A stretch of 35,905 nucleotides of DNA from Octopus bimaculoides (Eukaryota). Positions within the stretch are counted from its first letter, which is position 1. Each line of letters opens with the position of its first letter. A program made the position numbers and the translations under genes. Where the stretch lies: positions 94,959,070-94,994,974 of the forward strand of contig NC_068986.1 in the NCBI RefSeq assembly GCF_001194135.2, written 5' to 3'. Shown piece by piece: positions 27,354 through 34,435 of the stretch. The notes beneath the pieces were generated by a model. It saw nothing but the letters and a program-made list of their open reading frames with translations, was not told where the DNA came from and made no database searches.

Positions 27354-29414
27354 AGATATATACAATGAAACTAGAAAAGAGATAGCCCTCAGGTCACTGA
27401 TTTGCCAATTACCCATGGAAGAACGTCGCGTTTTATTCTGTCTTTTGGATCATTTCGTTAAGTAAGCTACCTGTTCCATTTCTTCCAGTTACTAATGAAA
27501 GAAAGATTTATGATGGAAAAAATAGACAGATTCTGCCTAGTCACCATTCTAAATCACTCCCTGCCATGTTAAATTAGGAAATGTTGTACTAGATACTCTA
27601 GTCTCACGTTAAACGCACTATGATGACATTAAGGCTGCATGGTCGCAGTGTAGGGACTGCTTCAGCGAGCAAGCCTCACTACGACTGCTCAATATGCTAG
27701 AAATAGCAGCTAAATCTCCCTTAAATTACACTTTATCGTCTTAAAATTCTTCACACCGCACCTTTTAAGCAAGAAATTACACGCTGGGATAATGTAATTT
27801 TATGTACCCTTAAGACATGATGATCGTAGGTAGAATGAATTTGATTGTAAGTATGTTTAATCAAAGTACAACTGTGTTAATCGACTACCACAACAACAAC
27901 AACAATAGCAACAACAACAACAATAGCAACAACGACAACAATAAAACTTATAACAAATTCTTAACCTGAAAGCTCCCTAATCTATTCCTAAATGTTGCCA
28001 AACTGGAATAAATTATTTTAACACTTTAGACATCACTTCTAGAAAACACAGATATTTCCGTTCAACTGCTTATAAATATAAGCATTTCTGGCAGCGTCAT
28101 TTGTAAATATATGCATCTATGACAGTACTATTAATACATAGAAGCATTTCTGGCTACACTATTTGTAAATATAATCGTTTCCAGCTGCACTACTAGTAAA
28201 TATAAACATTCCTGGCAACACTACTAATCGATATAAACATTTCTGGTTGTAATACTAGTAAATATAAATATTTCTAATAACTCTGCTCCAAAATATGAAT
28301 GTCTCTGGCCACACTACTAGTCCCGTATTTTAACGTGTATAAAGAACCCTTTTTTTTGTCAAAATTTAGGTTTTAAAAATATGTTTCTTATACATGGATC
28401 TCTTACAAAGCCTTTTTACAAATGTTTAGCCCCCCCCCCCAAAAAAAAAATAGGGGTTCATTATACACGTTAAAATACGGTAAATATAAACGATTTTTGG
28501 CAAAACTACTAATAAATATAAACGTTTGTGGCAACAGTTGTAGTAAAGATGCGCTATTTCCTGCAGAAGATGAGTCAGGAACCCAGACGATTGGGGAAAG
28601 CCATCAAGGAGATAGTCGTGGCAGCTGAAACTAGTTCATGGTGGTTATGGTTGATAGGGTACAGCAAGTGGAAGCCTTCCATAGGTGAACACTAGTTCAG
28701 TCCTTGCTGCCCCACTCAGACAAAGCGTACAGGCTAAAGGGCGAAACGCTTGTGATCCTGAGATACCTGAGGGCGATACGGAAGGGTTTCCAGTATTGCA
28801 ATAGATTTAGAAGGGCTTGCAAAACATGTGAGTAGCTTCCGCAGTTTCTACGTGGGGACAGCATCTCTAACGTTTATTTCACCATCTATTTTTTTTTAAG
28901 GGTAAAAACCCCTTTCGGTCCGAGGCACAACTACGGGAAAGGTTGTTTCGGAGGAAACGTTAATCTTCTCTCCACAACAACAAACTAATTTTACTCCACT
29001 TTGCGAACGTTCTGTTTTCACTAATTACCGAAACAGATCGCTTGTTTCATTAGACTGCATTGTTTCATTATTAATACCAGTTCGAATTTGCTAAAAGCAC
29101 GTTCGAACCTGTAAACAAGACAGTAAACATACAATGCTAAAATGCAAAATGTAATGTTTCATTATATTCCTCTCTGCTACGTTTGCCATGTAAACTATAC
29201 TAATTATTTTTTCCTTGTTCTCTGCAGAGTTTGTAGACACATAGGAAACAAAATAACACCTACAGCAGTGGGACGGATACTCTGTGCTGTGTTTTATGAC
29301 TTAGAAGGTTCAGAAAAAACATCAGAGTACCGGAAACAGCAGAATAAGTTTGTCAGTGTAATGGAATACATTGTTTACTTGAGATTAGAAGGAATCAGTC
29401 TTTACACAAATTAA
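175..29414 (+). CDS. BCR/ABR-like: 3' part of a divergent BCR/ABR-family gene (PH end - C2 - RhoGAP), 15 exons, ~476 aa in window: join(175-281,871-924,1763-1904,2395-2421,3706-3752,4258-4288,4503-4577,6688-6893,13402-13467,14325-14434,16160-16221,17486-17563,20887-21021,27356-27461,29228-29414)
   Basis: All exons are bounded by AG/GT, phases match, and the frame stays open to TAA at 29412-29414. Motifs are colinear with human BCR: [13 protein letters not shown]~ESLLLLMSPSMAF; [14 protein letters not shown]~YTFLISSDYERAEW; [14 protein letters not shown]~LYCTLEVDSFGYF; VFGKSI~VFGVKI; [16 protein letters not shown]~VPYIVRQCVEEIERRG; LLDHFVKV~LLDHLKRV. Orthology versus paralogy not established. 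Confidence 0.9.
871..924 (+). CDS. Exon b: [18 protein letters not shown]
   Basis: Acceptor tttatacttcacag, donor GTGAGG; 54 nt; the only open frame; aligns with BCR KATERLKKKLSEQ. Confidence 0.8.
1405..1624 (+). mobile_element. Mariner-derived MITE
   Basis: ~30-bp TIRs (cgaggaggtgctgaaaagttcctggcttt / aaagccaggaacttttcggcatcccctcg) flanked by TA; internal [23 protein letters not shown] resembles a mariner transposase C-terminus. Confidence 0.85.
1653..1724. repeat. (GT)n microsatellite
   Basis: Direct. Confidence 0.98.
1763..1904 (+). CDS. Exon c (PH C-terminal strand and helix): [47 protein letters not shown]
   Basis: Acceptor ctttattccacag, donor GTACGT at 1905 (phase 1); contains the PH signature Trp helix. 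Confidence 0.85.
1983..2190 (+). mobile_element. Decayed SINE, family A
   Basis: Similar to the full copy at 22517-22750. Confidence 0.55.
2395..2421 (+). CDS. Candidate 27-nt microexon d: YDLLLASYV
   Basis: Acceptor tatttccag, donor GTACGT at 2422; symmetric phase 1-1; restores the Trp-to-EL spacing seen in BCR (22 vs 21 residues; 13 without it). Confidence 0.5.
3706..3752 (+). CDS. Exon e: [16 protein letters not shown]
   Basis: Strong acceptor ttttcttcttgtacttcag, donor GTAAGT; aligns with BCR VELQMLTNSCVKLQ. Confidence 0.8.
4258..4288 (+). CDS. Exon f (31 nt): [10 protein letters not shown]
   Basis: Acceptor ttattttctattcatag, donor GTAAGT; aligns with BCR IPLTINKED. Confidence 0.8.
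4503..4577 (+). CDS. Exon g (C2 start): [25 protein letters not shown]
   Basis: Acceptor ctttatctgcag, donor GTTTGT; aligns with BCR LYGFLNVIVHSATGF. Confidence 0.85.
4927..4964. repeat. (GATA)n microsatellite
   Basis: Direct. Confidence 0.95.
5274..5655 (-). mobile_element. Full-length tRNA-derived SINE, family B
   Basis: Minus-strand head GGAGGCGCAATGGCCCAGTGG (A box) and GGTTTCGATTTCC (B box); 3' tail shared with 16620-16870. Confidence 0.85.
5705..5890 (-). mobile_element. Decayed SINE, family A
   Basis: ggaatttgaactcagaa = reverse complement of the family A B-box region. Confidence 0.55.
6266..6512. repeat. (CT)n - N gap 6336-6472 - (AT)n
   Basis: Direct. Confidence 0.95.
6688..6893 (+). 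CDS. Exon h (C2 core): [69 protein letters not shown]
   Basis: Acceptor atattttcag, donor GTAAAT; VDSFG, PxFDExFDI and LKICFY motifs of the BCR/ABR C2 domain. Confidence 0.92.
7085..7475 (-). mobile_element. SINE family C (CORE-like)
   Basis: Reverse complement of the copies at 13745-14080 and 18665-18811; CORE-like accttaggtaagtgccttct segment. Confidence 0.8.
7662..8033 (+). CDS. Orphan intronic 123-aa ORF with predicted signal peptide (possible nested gene or TE relic)
   Basis: ATG start, no low-complexity sequence; [19 protein letters not shown] fits a signal peptide with a V-R-A cleavage site; no homolog recognised. Confidence 0.3.
   Translation: MTLASCIFCIAFFTSVVRARMRYVQVEAESKEKNRYVAQTRQPSGRNLRIMMVYDKDMEIEKKITKMKNLIRVRLDPEVFEPEERAVLLEKEKVDKLIDLFGCRIRTTGLYFQYDNLPTLQTT
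8255..8893 (+). mobile_element. Internally deleted mariner transposase relic
   Basis: HTH region ([17 protein letters not shown]) joined to [18 protein letters not shown] at 8607-8636; stops and frameshifts; decayed right TIR. Confidence 0.85.
9653..9737. repeat. (TATG)n microsatellite
   Basis: Direct. Confidence 0.95.
9737..9960 (+). mobile_element. 5'-truncated SINE family A with duplicated 3' part
   Basis: Matches the body of 22517-22750; the segment gcact-ggggcaatgtaatcgac recurs. Confidence 0.6.
10223..10448. repeat. CT/CTTT-rich tract followed by (ACAT)n
   Basis: Direct. Confidence 0.92.
10913..10983. repeat. (GATA)n microsatellite
   Basis: Direct. Confidence 0.97.
11020..11335 (-). 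mobile_element. Dispersed repeat (possible Penelope-like pLTR fragment), with a head-to-head second arm running into a gap
   Basis: Reverse-complement match to 34553-34860; inverted arms 11230-11277 and 11287-11335. The Penelope assignment is inference. Confidence 0.6.
11554..11666. repeat. Compound (GT)n after N gap 11336-11553
   Basis: Direct. Confidence 0.95.
11830..12251 (+). mobile_element. Decayed LINE 3' end (RTE-like) with C2H2 fingers
   Basis: [23 protein letters not shown] (C-x2-C-x12-H-x3-H) at 12174-12242, preceded by a disrupted finger ending [10 protein letters not shown]; no TGEKP linker. Confidence 0.45.
13305..13346. repeat. (AAC)n(AGC)n trinucleotide tract, intronic
   Basis: Direct; 55 nt upstream of exon i. 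Confidence 0.9.
13402..13467 (+). CDS. Exon i: [22 protein letters not shown]
   Basis: Acceptor atttctaatccatcag, donor GTAAGT; 66 nt, phase 0-0; position matches the short BCR LDPQAL segment. Confidence 0.75.
13745..14080 (+). mobile_element. SINE family C, head lost or replaced by (GT)n
   Basis: agcctcgggccgaccaaagcc...gcggtgctccaacatggc...aagtaaaagaataaaagaa tail. Confidence 0.85.
14325..14434 (+). CDS. Exon j (C2 end and pre-GAP linker): [36 protein letters not shown]
   Basis: Acceptor ttttttcaccatacag, donor GTAAGT; VFG motif that precedes RhoGAP domains. Confidence 0.88.
14745..14975 (-). mobile_element. R4/Dong-like LINE fragment (restriction-like endonuclease C-terminus)
   Basis: [30 protein letters not shown]...[13 protein letters not shown] (ORF 14749-14964). 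Confidence 0.75.
14998..15445 (-). mobile_element. 5'-truncated R4/Dong-like LINE (RLE domain and 3' UTR)
   Basis: [24 protein letters not shown]...[17 protein letters not shown]...[17 protein letters not shown] (one frameshift); PD..D..K nuclease motif; both ends abut TAA repeats. Confidence 0.88.
15529..16060 (-). mobile_element. Non-coding retroposon embedded in (TAT)n (family D)
   Basis: Clear match to 26993-27316; (TAT)n on both sides; shared end next to the (AAT)n tail. Confidence 0.75.
16160..16221 (+). CDS. Exon k (RhoGAP start): [21 protein letters not shown]
   Basis: Acceptor ttcttcttgttaaag, donor GTAAGT; IPxIVxxCIxEIExRG RhoGAP signature. Confidence 0.92.
16385..16610 (-). mobile_element. 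Decayed SINE family C, 3' half
   Basis: gcggccatgctgtggcac...ttagtcga matches 7100-7160. Confidence 0.55.
16620..16870 (-). mobile_element. SINE fragment with family B 3' tail
   Basis: gcttgtgaaattaacttgcaagtggctgagca matches 5338-5370; aacgtgaaataaagtg matches 19949-19964. Confidence 0.7.
16891..17008. mobile_element. MITE-like element with perfect 27-bp terminal inverted repeats
   Basis: cccgcacttaaacacatattatgccac (16891-16917) and its exact reverse complement (16982-17008). Confidence 0.65.
16990..17137. repeat. Near-perfect hairpin, 60-bp arms and 28-nt loop
   Basis: Arms 16990-17049 and 17078-17137 are 57/60 complementary. Confidence 0.95.
17281..17390. repeat. Compound (TA)/(TG)/(TATG) microsatellite
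   Basis: Direct. Confidence 0.95.
17486..17563 (+). CDS. Exon l (arginine-finger loop, Arg absent): [26 protein letters not shown]
   Basis: Acceptor ttatttatttttaag, donor GTACGT; phase 1-1; aligns with [25 protein letters not shown]. Confidence 0.85.
17945..18075 (+). mobile_element. Decayed tRNA-derived SINE head
   Basis: tggtctagcagttag (A-box-like) and aagttcaatac (B-box-like). Confidence 0.45.
18665..18811 (+). mobile_element. SINE family C, 5' half, truncated by an assembly gap
   Basis: ggttctgggttcaatcc B box, then gggcaagtgtcttctactatagc...gaccaaagcc. Confidence 0.85.
18812..19143. other. Assembly gap (N)
   Basis: Direct. Confidence 1.
19302..19406. repeat. Inverted (TAA)n/(TTA)n microsatellite palindrome
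   Basis: Direct. Confidence 0.92.
19745..20062 (-). mobile_element. tRNA-derived SINE (family E)
   Basis: Minus-strand head GGCGCATGGCTCAGTGGTTAGAGC...GAGTTCGAATCCC with near-consensus A and B boxes, then cttgagcaagacacttt. Confidence 0.85.
20443..20790 (+). mobile_element. SINE family A with local tandem duplication
   Basis: Two bodies share the private variants aaattccactgacgtcgac and ttaccccctcttccgaaa. Confidence 0.8.
20887..21021 (+). CDS. Exon m (RhoGAP middle): [45 protein letters not shown]
   Basis: Acceptor gccttcctccaaacag, donor GTGAGA; aligns with [21 protein letters not shown]. Confidence 0.87.
21303..21947. other. Assembly gap (N)
   Basis: Direct. Confidence 1.
22439..22850. 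repeat. (GATA)n and (GACA)n(GATA)n arrays flanking a SINE
   Basis: Direct. Confidence 0.92.
22517..22750 (+). mobile_element. Full-length SINE family A
   Basis: gcgagctggcagaaacgttag...GAGTTCAAATTCC...aataaagaaataag; resembles described octopus tRNA-derived SINEs (OK/OR families; exact assignment not verified). Confidence 0.88.
23829..24829 (+). repeat. 212-bp direct repeats (23829-24040 and 24618-24829), 10 mismatches
   Basis: Direct comparison; the repeated unit contains the transposase start region on the minus strand. Confidence 0.92.
24050..24765 (-). mobile_element. Chapaev/CMC-like DNA transposase relic (N-terminal Cys-rich domain)
   Basis: [15 protein letters not shown]...[18 protein letters not shown]...[29 protein letters not shown]...[10 protein letters not shown] matches the recalled WREPxxHxxDCYFC signature; stops and frameshifts. 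Confidence 0.65.
26065..26470 (+). mobile_element. Two head-to-tail SINE family A copies (26065-26270 and 26274-26470)
   Basis: Both carry gtcgacttt...gactagtcccctccc...ttagtagaaagg-(tta) tails. Confidence 0.8.
26470..26940 (-). mobile_element. 5'-truncated R4/Dong-like LINE (RLE domain and 3' UTR)
   Basis: [21 protein letters not shown]...CLLIDV...[23 protein letters not shown]; ends in (TAA)n. Confidence 0.8.
26993..27316 (-). mobile_element. 5'-truncated family D retroposon between (TAT)n arrays
   Basis: Homologous to 15529-15835. Confidence 0.78.
27356..27461 (+). CDS. Exon n: [35 protein letters not shown]
   Basis: Acceptor (TAT)n-tacag, donor GTAAGC; LP...L..LLDH RhoGAP motif. Confidence 0.9.
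28070..28560. repeat. Degenerate ~31-bp minisatellite (about 11 units)
   Basis: Consensus approx. actactagtaaatataaacatttctggcaac. Confidence 0.7.
28323..28480. mobile_element. Pogo/Tigger-type MITE
   Basis: 27-bp TIRs ccgtattttaacgtgtataaagaaccc / gggttcattatacacgttaaaatacgg (26/27); right flank TA. Confidence 0.8.
28570..28780 (+). mobile_element. HERO/NeSL-like LINE 3' fragment
   Basis: [22 protein letters not shown]...* resembles the AIK..S.AAE..S.WLWL C-terminus of HERO-type elements. Confidence 0.5.
29228..29414 (+). CDS. Terminal exon o: [62 protein letters not shown]
   Basis: Strong acceptor ttttccttgttctctgcag; NK motif of the RhoGAP NKM segment; stop TAA. Confidence 0.88.
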
Positions 29415-29423
29415 AAACGGATG

Positions 29424-29459
29424 AATAAAGGAAAGAAACTGAAACAAAACAATAATAAA
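29424..29459 (+). terminator. Candidate polyadenylation signals (AATAAA at 29424-29429 and 29454-29459)
   Basis: Two canonical hexamers just after the stop codon; usage unverified in an AT-rich context. Confidence 0.4.
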
Positions 29460-29629
29460 AGAGCAAAACTAAGTTGCTAAATAACGTTTTTCATCGTATT
29501 AATTATTTTTGGCATTTCACATTCTGAGTTCAAATCCCGAAGGAATTAACTTTGCCTTTCTTTATTTTAAGATCGATAAATAAAGTACCAATCAAATGAC
29601 GTGTTCTGCTATAAGCACAAAGTCAGAAA

Positions 29630-29770
29630 TTTTGGAAGAGGGGCTCTAATAGATTACATCGACTCCAGTACTCAACGGGTACTTATATTATCTACCCCGA
29701 AAGGTAAGGTCCGTCGAAATACTGCGAAGCGTTTTACTCGGAGCGGTCACGATTCTACCAGCTCATCGCT
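29630..29770 (-). mobile_element. Decayed SINE family A
   Basis: gattacatcgactccagtac...cgattctaccagctc. Confidence 0.55.
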
Positions 29771-30960
29771 TTAAGTTCCAATCAAAGGAGCGCGATATAA
29801 TCAGCTGATCCCGCCCCCTTCCTCCTTCCATGTGTCCGGTTTTTTCTCAGTTAGAAATAATCATTTTATTTTTGTTTTGGTAATTCATGTTCTGCGTTCA
29901 GATCCCACCGCGGTCAACTTTCACTTTTTATCCTTTTGGGGACGACGAAATAAAGTACCTGTCAAGTAATGGGGTTAATGATATTGACGAACCTCTTACT
30001 CTTAAAACCCTTGTTTCTAAAATGTTGCTAACTTACTTCTTCTGGCAAAATTCGCTGAAGTTAATTTAGCCTTTTATTCTTCCAAGATCGATAAAATAAG
30101 TATTTTACAATTCCTTTCTGTATAACACCATCAAGCTAACGACCGATCACTGATGACATTTATGACAAGTACAATGCACACTGCGGCTCATTACGAAATT
30201 TTCACAGGTGTCTTCAGAGGTGTTTATCTGTTAACTTCCTTTGAGTATTTTTTCTGTTCTACAAGACACCATCTTGCTGGTGAGAGCCGATTCTCAAAGA
30301 CAGAAGGGAGAGTGAGGAAAGAAAAGAGAATCAACACCAATATCCCATGAGTGGGAAACCACTTAGCCTATTGGTTAGGACGTTCAGCTCATCATAAAAA
30401 GGTTGTTCCGTACAGTATTTTGTCCTTCATTTCACGTTAGTCCAGTCTACCCAGCTGTAGTGTAAACCAAATGAATGATGGTGCATCCCTCTCCGAATAT
30501 ACCGCTGAGTCGAGGTTGAGGGGTCGAGGAAAGTGTCTATGTATGTGACTCTACGCATCTATTCCCCTCGTATCTACATCGAATTGGTTGATTACTTATG
30601 GCTTAGTGCGGGAGCCAGGATGAAGACACTCCTTGCTAACAGAGAAAACTCTACTGAAAGGTACTAGATAACCCTATGGTTTATATTGATAAACCTATTG
30701 TTTTTATTTTATGTAGTACCCTTGTTACAGCTGCATAGACTGCGTTATTGTGCCCTATATACTATTATCACACGTGTAGTGATGCTCATATAATGATATA
30801 ATCTGGAAGGATGTCTTATGTTTTGCGAGTGGGAGTCGAACCCGGAAGCATCTGTTTCGTGACTCAGCCATGGTACTTCATTTTATGAAAACAAGAAGAA
30901 AGAAAGTAGACATAACCGCAGCAAAATTGCGACACGGAATATTAGTTTCATTTTTTTTAC

Positions 30961-31157
30961 ACAAGGCCAGCAATTTGGGGAGAGGGGGCAAGTCCATTAC
31001 ATCGAGCCGGGTACTCAGCTAGTACTTATTTAATCGACCCTGGTAAGGGATGAAAAGCGAAGTCGACTACGGTGGAATTTGAACTCAGAATGTGAATACG
31101 GATGAAATGCCGATAAGCATTTTTTCCGGCATGCTAACGATTCTACCATCTTGCCGA
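30961..31157 (-). mobile_element. SINE family A
   Basis: ggaatttgaactcagaa...gctaacgattctacc = reverse complement of the family A head and body. Confidence 0.75.
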
Positions 31158-31699
31158 GCACAAGAAATATTTTCTACGCTGCTATATAAATGAATGACAC
31201 GAGATCTGGTTATTTCTTACGCATACATTATGAGTTATCTCCCTTGAATGTATCAATTACGGGAGACAACTCTTACTTTTTTCAAATTAAATTTTAAAAA
31301 TGTATACAACAGGCCGTGACCGCGTTGTATAAAAGAAAATTAAAACAAAAATAAAATAAAGAGTTGATAGTAAATGCAGATTACGATGAGTTCTAAAGTT
31401 TCAGGCTTTATGGCTTTTGAACAACGATTTTGCCTTCTAACAATTACATTTTACTTTAAATTAATGAGAAAATGTAAAATATTGGCATTTAGTATGAAAG
31501 AGAATGTGACTCGATATCCGAGAGACGTCCGTTGTAAATTTAAAGTGAAGTTTATATATGCACAATTATGTGGATGTATGCATAATTCACGTATGTATAT
31601 TCATTTATATGCGTGTGTATTGGACATAAACGGATTATTTGTCAAAATGAATTCCTAGTTTTTTCGGTATATCTCTTGTGATGCAGTTTAATATCATGT

Positions 31700-31950
31700 G
31701 ATATTTTCCTGGAGGTCATTGAGCGCTTTGGAGTTTTCAACAAACAGACGTCACACATTTTCCCCGTCACCAAGGCGATCCAGCCATGATTGCTCAAGCC
31801 CCAGCATGCACTATCTTAGTTAACACTTATCGCTCGGAAGCTCAAATTTTCTAATCCACAACCACTTTGATGGAACCTCTACCGCCTCCCTAGCCAATTT
31901 GATGACTCGGCCCCTTACTGGCCTCTAGCGTACCCAGCGTACCCAGATCG
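31700..31950 (-). mobile_element. HERO/NeSL-like LINE 3' fragment
   Basis: Minus strand GRVIKLAREAVEVPSKWLWIRK...* followed by a 3' UTR-like tract. Confidence 0.5.
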
Positions 31951-32644
31951 ACAAAAGTACTTGTCAGTAAACTTTTTGCATCTCACCTCAATGGGATCGC
32001 ATTTTGCTACCCGTCAAATGTTTCGGAATAACTCCACAAGTTCAGTACATTTAGTTCTCTTCCACTCAATACGATCACCCCAGGGAATGGAGAGTTTTAA
32101 AATCCCGAAATACAACAATATCTGTTTCAACACACGATTTCACATCAGGAATCTTGCAAAACGAATTGGTAAACGTAAGGACATAACTCTGTTGATATTG
32201 TATCATATTGTATCTCGAGGCGCCAACGTGGAAATCTCATCGCCTGACGTTCTCAAACGTTAAGAAAAAGGGTCTGTCGAGAGGAGCCGCAGATGGTTTT
32301 AAAATGAATTAGCCACAATACTGTTGTACACCAATATGAATAATATTTCATTCGATCTTCAGCAAGCGATAGCCATTACTCTACGTGAATACTCGACCAG
32401 CTAGAAATAGCAGCCTTATGTCCCTCAAACTAATCCGCCTTTAAAAAAGTGACATATTAGATAATAAATATTTGACCAAACGTATAACGTCCACCCAAAA
32501 CTCGGGGTGGTCACGAATGGAATGCCTTTGATCATAGATTTGCTTAATCAAGTTTGACGTTGGTCTGATCGATAATAATGCTCTGCTACCAACTGGATCG
32601 TTACAATGCGTAAAGACATTTGTTTGGCACTAAAACTAAACAAC

Positions 32645-34435
32645 CACTTAACGGACCCTTTCGTGTCGAGCACTACTTTCGTCGCTTTCAGTACGTTTTG
32701 ATGCTAGACCCTTTGTTGCAGAGGATGGAAACACTGAAGTGCACGCCGCTACAAGTGGAATAGAAGAGAGCTATGTCTGCATATGTGGGCTACGTCACTG
32801 ATATTGTATCGGGCACACTAGAAATCAAGGTGATAAGCAAGTTTCCAGAGAGTTAACGTAGGATAACGAAAGCATGCATTAACTGGATCGCGATATCCTA
32901 ATGAGCTTGCAACTATGAAGGGGCAGGTCGATGACGGTCAGAGCATCTTTTACCGAACCGACTGCCCGTTTCAAGCAGAATTATTAGAGCGTCGGAAAGA
33001 AATTTTAGCCTTGCCGGAACCAAGTTTGCAGTTTAACTTTCCAGGTTGGATAAAACAAAGTACCAGTCAAATACTGGAGTCGATAGTATCGACAACTCCC
33101 TTCCAATAAAAATTGCTAGCATGTGGTCTAATTAATAAAATTGCAAAGAATTAGCAATAGAAACAAATAGAACTAGTGAGCAACCTAGAAGAAGTGGTAA
33201 GTAAAAGTATTACGACAGACGTGCTAGCGGCGAGAATGGCCTTTGACCATTTCTTTGAGGCGAAACACGAAGACTGCGTTGTTATAGCTAAGGCTCTTGC
33301 GGTCTAACACAAAGGAACTAAAGCCTTCCGATGGACCCAAACGGTGAATACACGACCTAATAACAAAACCATGATCAAATTTTTCACAAACGGGTATGGG
33401 CGCTTGCTACACGTTTTCGAACAGATTTGAGCGATTTTCCTGCAGCTTTTCGTCTAACTGCTAGAGGAGGGCGATAGGTCGGCGGCGGTTGCGGACTTTA
33501 GTTCGTAACTGAACAGCCTGCCGCGGCTTTCGTCAGCGGATGCAAGATTCTGCGAAAAGCTGATAACGACCACTGAAATACAGAAGACGATGAGTGGTTA
33601 CACAAGATGCAAATCACGCAGCTTGGATCGTCTACCTTATGAATTCTACGAGTTCATTCAAGATTTGCTTCACCACTTCTTGTCAGACGTCTAAAGTAAT
33701 TGGCAGTAGAATGGGAAAATGTTTAGTGTTGTAAACCGGGGTGTGCTGACGCTTCTGATGAAGGACTCCCATGTCGGCGTCCTACCTCAGGATGCCGCAA
33801 GAAAATTCGCCCCAGTTTAAGATTTTGGCCAAGATGTTAATGAAAAGGTTAGCGCTTGTCGTCGGTAACCTGCTCGGAGAAGCGCAAATGTGTGCGACTC
33901 CGAACAGGTCCATCCACAACAATCTCCACCTTATAGGATACATCATAACAAGGGCTCAGACGAAAGCTGGCTACGCGGGCGCTCTGATCAATTTGAATTA
34001 ACCTGAAGCATTCGATAGGGACGACCATAGTTATCTGGGAGGCTTTCGGAAATTGGCCGGGTTCAAACCTGCTTTTTAAGGTTGGATCGCTGCAATTCGC
34101 AGAGGTAACTGCTCAGTAACCAAAGTAAATCACCACCAATTGGAACCGTTTCGCATCGTACGCTCGGTCTATCAGTACGTATCTCTTCTGTACGTACCGG
34201 ATCTCGAGTCATTACTGCTGAACCTGAAATAGTTAAGGGACATCCCATTCGAACTGGGTCATGGGAAAGGAGTGTCGGCTTACGTCATGGTGTCAGACAC
34301 CTCTGAAGTAGTGACGACCAGCACCATTCTAAACGAATATGAATCGGTGGTAGGGGCCAAAAGCAACACCGAGAAGTCGGTAGGCTTGCGGCTGAGCACC
34401 TGGAGACGCAGGTCCATGCCGTCGGATGGCAACTG
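32645..34435 (+). mobile_element. Degenerate Tx1/L1-clade LINE ORF2 (linker and reverse transcriptase)
   Basis: KILAKMLMKRLALVV...HNNLHLI...ALINLN*PEAFDR...GWIAA...VSAYV...EYESVVGAKSNTEKSVGL; upstream LDRLPYEFY; an out-of-order RT piece at 32645-32850. Confidence 0.85.

Noticed and set aside
28070-28560. ~31-bp repeats as a CRISPR-like array
   Set aside because: Units are contiguous with no unique spacers, are highly decayed, and lie in a eukaryotic intron with no cas genes
28567-28575. Acceptor tatttcctgcag as an alternative terminal exon
   Set aside because: In the incoming phase it encodes only K-R-stop; downstream sequence is a LINE relic
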